Below are positions 60,095 through 64,000 of a DNA stretch of 64,000 bases, piece by piece; position 1 is the first letter of the stretch; each line of letters opens with the position of its first letter. Under the pieces are notes generated by a model. That model was not told the DNA's origin. It made no database searches and was given only the letters and a program-made list of their open reading frames with translations. The stretch is from a virus: IMG/VR virus record IMGVR_UViG_3300032308_002775, positions 32,001-96,000 of that record, one strand, 5' to 3'. Position numbers and translations under genes: made by a program.

Positions 60095-62503
60095 ATGCCG
60101 TGCAGAGAAGTCAATTGCGAGCAGTACGCTAGCCTAACGTGCTATCCGACGCCAGAAGCTTGCGCCGAAAACTGCAACGGAGGCGAACCGCCAGAGCCGC
60201 CGCAATGCGATCCGCCGCTGAATTGTCAGGCGCCTTTTAGCATTCCAGATGAAGAAAATTGCGAATGTCTTTGCAATGAAGCTGACGTTCCGTGCGCGGG
60301 CGGAGAAGTAAACGACGATTGTGCGTGTGTTTGCCCAAACGGTAAAACATTAAACGCGGCTGGGCAATGCGTAGATGTAGTTTTTGAGTGCGGCGCGGGC
60401 GGCGTAGTGCCTGTAGAGGGCAACGTAGGTTTTCAAGGAATGCTCGCGGCGCTCGATGCGTGCGGCCCGGACGTCGGCGGCGACGATCCACCGCCGCCGC
60501 CCATACCGTGTGCTCCAATACCGCTGCCGCCAAATAATGTGCCCATTTTTTGCGCTAACGGCCAGCAAATTGGATTTGACACATACCCGTCGTTTAATGC
60601 TGCATTTTGCCGATGGGAGCCGCCAACTCGCGTCCTATTTGGTGTATGCCCTGAAGATAACGGCGGCGGCGGCGGGGGCGGATCATCAGGATCAGCAGGA
60701 GCATCAGGATCATCGGGATCATCAAGCAGCTCGTGCAATATTTGCGACGCTGGATTCCCAGACGGCATAGACTCTCTAGATGTATATGAGCGCGTAGTGT
60801 GCAATGGGAAAAGCACACTTGTGCGCAAACACATGTACACGTTTCGCCTAATCGATGACGAAAAATGCCCAACAAGTTTTGCTATTTATGATTGGTGCTG
60901 CGTAGATTGCGCCGACATACCGGCCGGACTTTTTGAATGCGACGGGTGCTCGCCATTCCCTGGAAACGCGGGTACCGCTTCTATTGTTTGGGTACTCAAC
61001 AAAGATACGTGTGCGTGGGAAAAACGCACTGACGTGATTGTGTCTGGCGATTGCAACACATGCGGCAATCCATTAAACCGCAGCAGCAGTAGTAGTAGCA
61101 CAAGCGCAACAAGTGAAAGCAGCGGCAGTTCTACGTCTAGCTGTTCTGCTGCTGGCGCAACAGCAATCAACTTTAGTTTTCAAAGCGCGGGCGGCACACC
61201 GTTAAACCAACTCACGCCAACAAGCGCGTTTAGTGTGGCGTTTGCTGTGTCTGACGCTGTCAAAGCCGCCAACGAACAAACACAATGGCGACTTTATTCA
61301 ACAGTTAGCCCAAACATAGACATATTGGGTGGAACTGTTCGCGCAAACGAAGCGGGTTGGTCGCGCGCTGTGTCTGCAAGCCTTTTATTAAATACAATGG
61401 GGCTATCAGGAGAGACAGCCCAACCGGGTCGATACTCTTTTCCAATTTGTGCGGCCGCAACTAATTGCGCAGGCGCCACAAATACACGGTGTGGCGGCAC
61501 AGTTACAGTCGTCGTGCCCCCGCGCTCGAGTATTAGCAGCGTATCTACCAGCAGCGTATCTAGCAGCAGCAGATCTACCAGCAGCGTATCTAGCAGCAGC
61601 AGATCTAGCAGCAGCGTATCTAGCAGCAGCGTATCTAGCAGCAGCAGATCTAGCAGCAGCGTATCTAGCAGCAGCAGATCTAGCAGCAGCGCGCCCAGTG
61701 GCAGCGAAAATCCTTGTTCGTTTGTTACTTATCGCCGACACGAACAAACGCTAGCAAGCATTATGTACGGTTCACTAGAAAACCCAAGAACAAAAACAGA
61801 AACAGATGGTGTCGAGCGTGGGTTGGATCCCGGAGAGTTGGTAAGTATTGCCGTATCTTTTAACAACACGTTGTTACTTGAAACGGCTGTAGCAAATAAC
61901 CCGGGTACAATTGGTTGGCGCCTTACTTTAGCATGCGGTGTCGGGGGTCAGCCGTTACAGCAGCCCACCAATAGCGTAACGCTTGGATCGTATCATTTGT
62001 ATGGTGCGACAGCTGGGCTCGGTGCCGTGCCTACTTCCGTGTTGTCACGTCAACTTGTTTGGACCGTTAGTCAAGCGAGAGATAGTCGCGGCCTTGCGCT
62101 AAGCAACTATGCTAATCTTGCTGGTAAACCAATAATCGAACAAACCGATAACGGCAATTTTGTTAGTTATCCAGGCGACGAATATGCGTGGCGGTCGCGA
62201 TTAAATCATACAACTATTAGCACGCTTATTACTTATGATGACGTGTTAACAGCGATGGGTTTAAGCGCGGCGCAGGCTCGACAAGCGTGCCAAAATTCCC
62301 TTAATGAAGACCGTTGTCGCTATTTTTTAAGGCTACATGCGTACGTTGAATTTTATTGCGGTGGAAGTAGGCTCTGGGGAATCTGTAATAGCGATTTGGT
62401 TAATTCATATAGTCAGGGCTGCTCAATTCGGATGCAGTACGTTCGTGAAGACGGTGTTTTGCAAACCGACAGCAACCTTATCGTAAAAGTGCCCGCGCTG
62501 TAG
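60095..62503 (+). CDS. large Cys-rich, Ser-linker surface/fibre protein (802 aa)
   Basis: CxCxC repeats (CECLC, CACVC); modules separated by Gly/Ser linkers; lower GC. Confidence 0.65.
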   Translation: MPCREVNCEQYASLTCYPTPEACAENCNGGEPPEPPQCDPPLNCQAPFSIPDEENCECLCNEADVPCAGGEVNDDCACVCPNGKTLNAAGQCVDVVFECGAGGVVPVEGNVGFQGMLAALDACGPDVGGDDPPPPPIPCAPIPLPPNNVPIFCANGQQIGFDTYPSFNAAFCRWEPPTRVLFGVCPEDNGGGGGGGSSGSAGASGSSGSSSSSCNICDAGFPDGIDSLDVYERVVCNGKSTLVRKHMYTFRLIDDEKCPTSFAIYDWCCVDCADIPAGLFECDGCSPFPGNAGTASIVWVLNKDTCAWEKRTDVIVSGDCNTCGNPLNRSSSSSSTSATSESSGSSTSSCSAAGATAINFSFQSAGGTPLNQLTPTSAFSVAFAVSDAVKAANEQTQWRLYSTVSPNIDILGGTVRANEAGWSRAVSASLLLNTMGLSGETAQPGRYSFPICAAATNCAGATNTRCGGTVTVVVPPRSSISSVSTSSVSSSSRSTSSVSSSSRSSSSVSSSSVSSSSRSSSSVSSSSRSSSSAPSGSENPCSFVTYRRHEQTLASIMYGSLENPRTKTETDGVERGLDPGELVSIAVSFNNTLLLETAVANNPGTIGWRLTLACGVGGQPLQQPTNSVTLGSYHLYGATAGLGAVPTSVLSRQLVWTVSQARDSRGLALSNYANLAGKPIIEQTDNGNFVSYPGDEYAWRSRLNHTTISTLITYDDVLTAMGLSAAQARQACQNSLNEDRCRYFLRLHAYVEFYCGGSRLWGICNSDLVNSYSQGCSIRMQYVREDGVLQTDSNLIVKVPAL
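61535..61690 (+). repeat. 15-bp tandem repeats (TCTAGCAGCAGC-GTA/AGA) encoding SSSS(V/R)
   Basis: Directly visible in the sequence. Confidence 0.9.
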
Positions 62504-62525
62504 TGCCGGTAATGTGCCGCGCCGA

Positions 62526-62554
62526 TTGACGACAGTTGCGCAGTCTAGTATTGT
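62526..62554 (+). promoter_or_regulatory. candidate sigma70-like promoter
   Basis: TTGACG-N17-TATTGT in an intergenic gap. Confidence 0.4.
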
Positions 62555-62592
62555 TTGTTTGTGATTTGCTCCCCCAAAATACAGGCCTGCAC

Positions 62593-63096
62593 ATGAATTG
62601 CGCGTTTGTCGCGGTTACTTGCCCTAAAACGCTAGAAAAATACAAGTGCTACCGTTGCAAAAATTGCGGCAAAAACATCTCTATTGTCGACGACTCTCGC
62701 GTCAACATAGAGGGCGTGTTTGCACAGTTCACGAGCTGCAGCGGCGAGGCAACTGCAGAGTCGACAGTCGGTGGCGCAGCTTATGACTGGGATCCGGCAG
62801 GCGCAGGGACGCAGCTGAAGAAGCTGCTCTCCAAAATTGGAATCAAATCCACCGAAAACTGCAGCTGCAATACCCGCGCAAAGCTTATGAACGCCAACGG
62901 CATCGAGTGGTGCGAGCAAAACGTCAAAGAGATCGTCGGTTGGCTCAAAGAAGAAGCGGCGAAGCGCAGTATGCCGTTTCTGTCGCTGCCTGCGAAGATA
63001 GTCGTGCAGCACGCCATTAAAATGGCCAAGCGCGCCCGGGACAAAAGAGGGCCGACGCCCGAAGCTGCTGAGCCCGAATCCAGCATGACGGCGTGA
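62593..63096 (+). CDS. Cys-containing hypothetical protein (167 aa)
   Basis: YRCKNCG; GAGTQLKKLL...CSCNTRA...WCEQN...WLKEEA. Confidence 0.65.
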   Translation: MNCAFVAVTCPKTLEKYKCYRCKNCGKNISIVDDSRVNIEGVFAQFTSCSGEATAESTVGGAAYDWDPAGAGTQLKKLLSKIGIKSTENCSCNTRAKLMNANGIEWCEQNVKEIVGWLKEEAAKRSMPFLSLPAKIVVQHAIKMAKRARDKRGPTPEAAEPESSMTA

Positions 63097-63103
63097 GGGG
63101 CGT

Positions 63104-64000
63104 GTGCCAGGCCCGCGGCGGTTACTACTGATTCACAAGCGGGCGCCTGGAGACACGGCCGTCTTGACGGCCCTGGTCAGGGACATTGCCCTGACCCACC
63201 CCGGGCAGTTTCAGATCGGCGTCGATACGCACGCCGCGGCGCTTTGGGAGAACAACCCCTACATCGTCAGCGCCAAGGAACTCCGCGACCATAAAGGGGT
63301 CGAGCACCTCAAGCTGACCTACGGAAAGGGGCTGCGGGACCAGAATCACGAGACCGTCCACTTTCTTGCCTATTTTCACAGGGACTTTGAGGTCCAGGCT
63401 CGGGTTCGTGTCCCGCTGACCCTGCCCTACCCAGACCTGCACCTGTCGGCCGAGGAGCGCTCCCAGAGGCTCGTAGAGGGCCGCTACTGGGTGTTTCTGT
63501 CCGGGGGCAAGTCGGACTTCACCGCTAAGGTGTGGGGCCAGGCAGCGTGGCAGGAGACGGTCCGGCAGCTGAGCGCCCTGGGTATCCCCTGCGTTCAGAT
63601 CGGCGGTACCGAGAAGGGCCACTGGCACCCCGAGATCCAGGGCGCCCTGAACCTGGTCGGGCGCACCGGGCTGCGGGACTGGCTCCGCCTGATCTACCAC
63701 GCCGACGGGGTCATCTGCGGTGTCACCGGGGCCATGCACCTCGCCGCCGCGCTGCAGCGCCCCTGCGTCGTCCTGGCAGGCGGCCGGGAGGCCTGGTGGT
63801 GGGAGGCCTACGTTCGGGAGAACGCCGGGCTGGGCGGCCTGGAGACGGCGCAGAAGCTTACTGTGCCGCACCGCTACCTTCACACGATCGGGCTTCTGGA
63901 TTGCTGCCAGGCCCACGGCTGCTGGAAGAACAAGGTGCTGCCCCTGAACGGCGACCAGTCAATCTGTAAATACCCCGTCGTCCAGCCTGGCCAAGCAGTT
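63104..64000 (+). CDS. GT9 (ADP-heptose:LPS heptosyltransferase-like) glycosyltransferase, partial (runs off the window end)
   Basis: Not in the ORF track because there is no stop. My translation: RAPGDTAVLTALVRD...LWENNPYI...GGKSDFTAKVW...VQIG...LNLVGRTGLRDWLRLIYHADGVICGVTGAMHLAAALQRPCVVLAGGRE. Confidence 0.8.
   Translation, partial: MPGPRRLLLIHKRAPGDTAVLTALVRDIALTHPGQFQIGVDTHAAALWENNPYIVSAKELRDHKGVEHLKLTYGKGLRDQNHETVHFLAYFHRDFEVQARVRVPLTLPYPDLHLSAEERSQRLVEGRYWVFLSGGKSDFTAKVWGQAAWQETVRQLSALGIPCVQIGGTEKGHWHPEIQGALNLVGRTGLRDWLRLIYHADGVICGVTGAMHLAAALQRPCVVLAGGREAWWWEAYVRENAGLGGLETAQKLTVPHRYLHTIGLLDCCQAHGCWKNKVLPLNGDQSICKYPVVQPGQAV

Overview
The window looks like the structural (late) region of a large, GC-rich, contractile-tailed bacteriophage. 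Essentially all credible genes are on the + strand and use the standard code. The gene order is: (1) a membrane/secreted protein cluster with a papain-like peptidase; (2) K-x-A-rich putative head-core proteins surrounding a phage-encoded bacterial-type multisubunit RNA polymerase, split as a beta+beta'(N) fusion plus a separate beta'(C); (3) prohead protease, scaffold, decoration protein and major capsid; (4) neck genes, tail sheath, tube, spike, chaperones and tape measure; (5) baseplate genes with an embedded sigma70-family gene; (6) five paralogous Cys-rich tail-tip proteins; (7) a collagen/Cys-rich, lower-GC variable fibre module; (8) a partial GT9-like glycosyltransferase. Three signals stand out. 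First, both RNAP chains and the sigma factor contain no cysteine and the RNAP has lost both Zn sites, which suggests a virion-packaged, injected RNAP holoenzyme. Second, about 12 structural genes carry GGA-containing hairpins (mostly ANGGA loops) over their RBS or start codon, matching CsrA/RsmA-type operators. Third, a K-x-A motif is strongly enriched in head proteins and is a candidate prohead-protease cleavage signal. No portal, terminase, RNAP alpha subunit, tRNA, rRNA or CRISPR array was recognised. All annotations come from motif recognition by eye and gene order; no searches were run.
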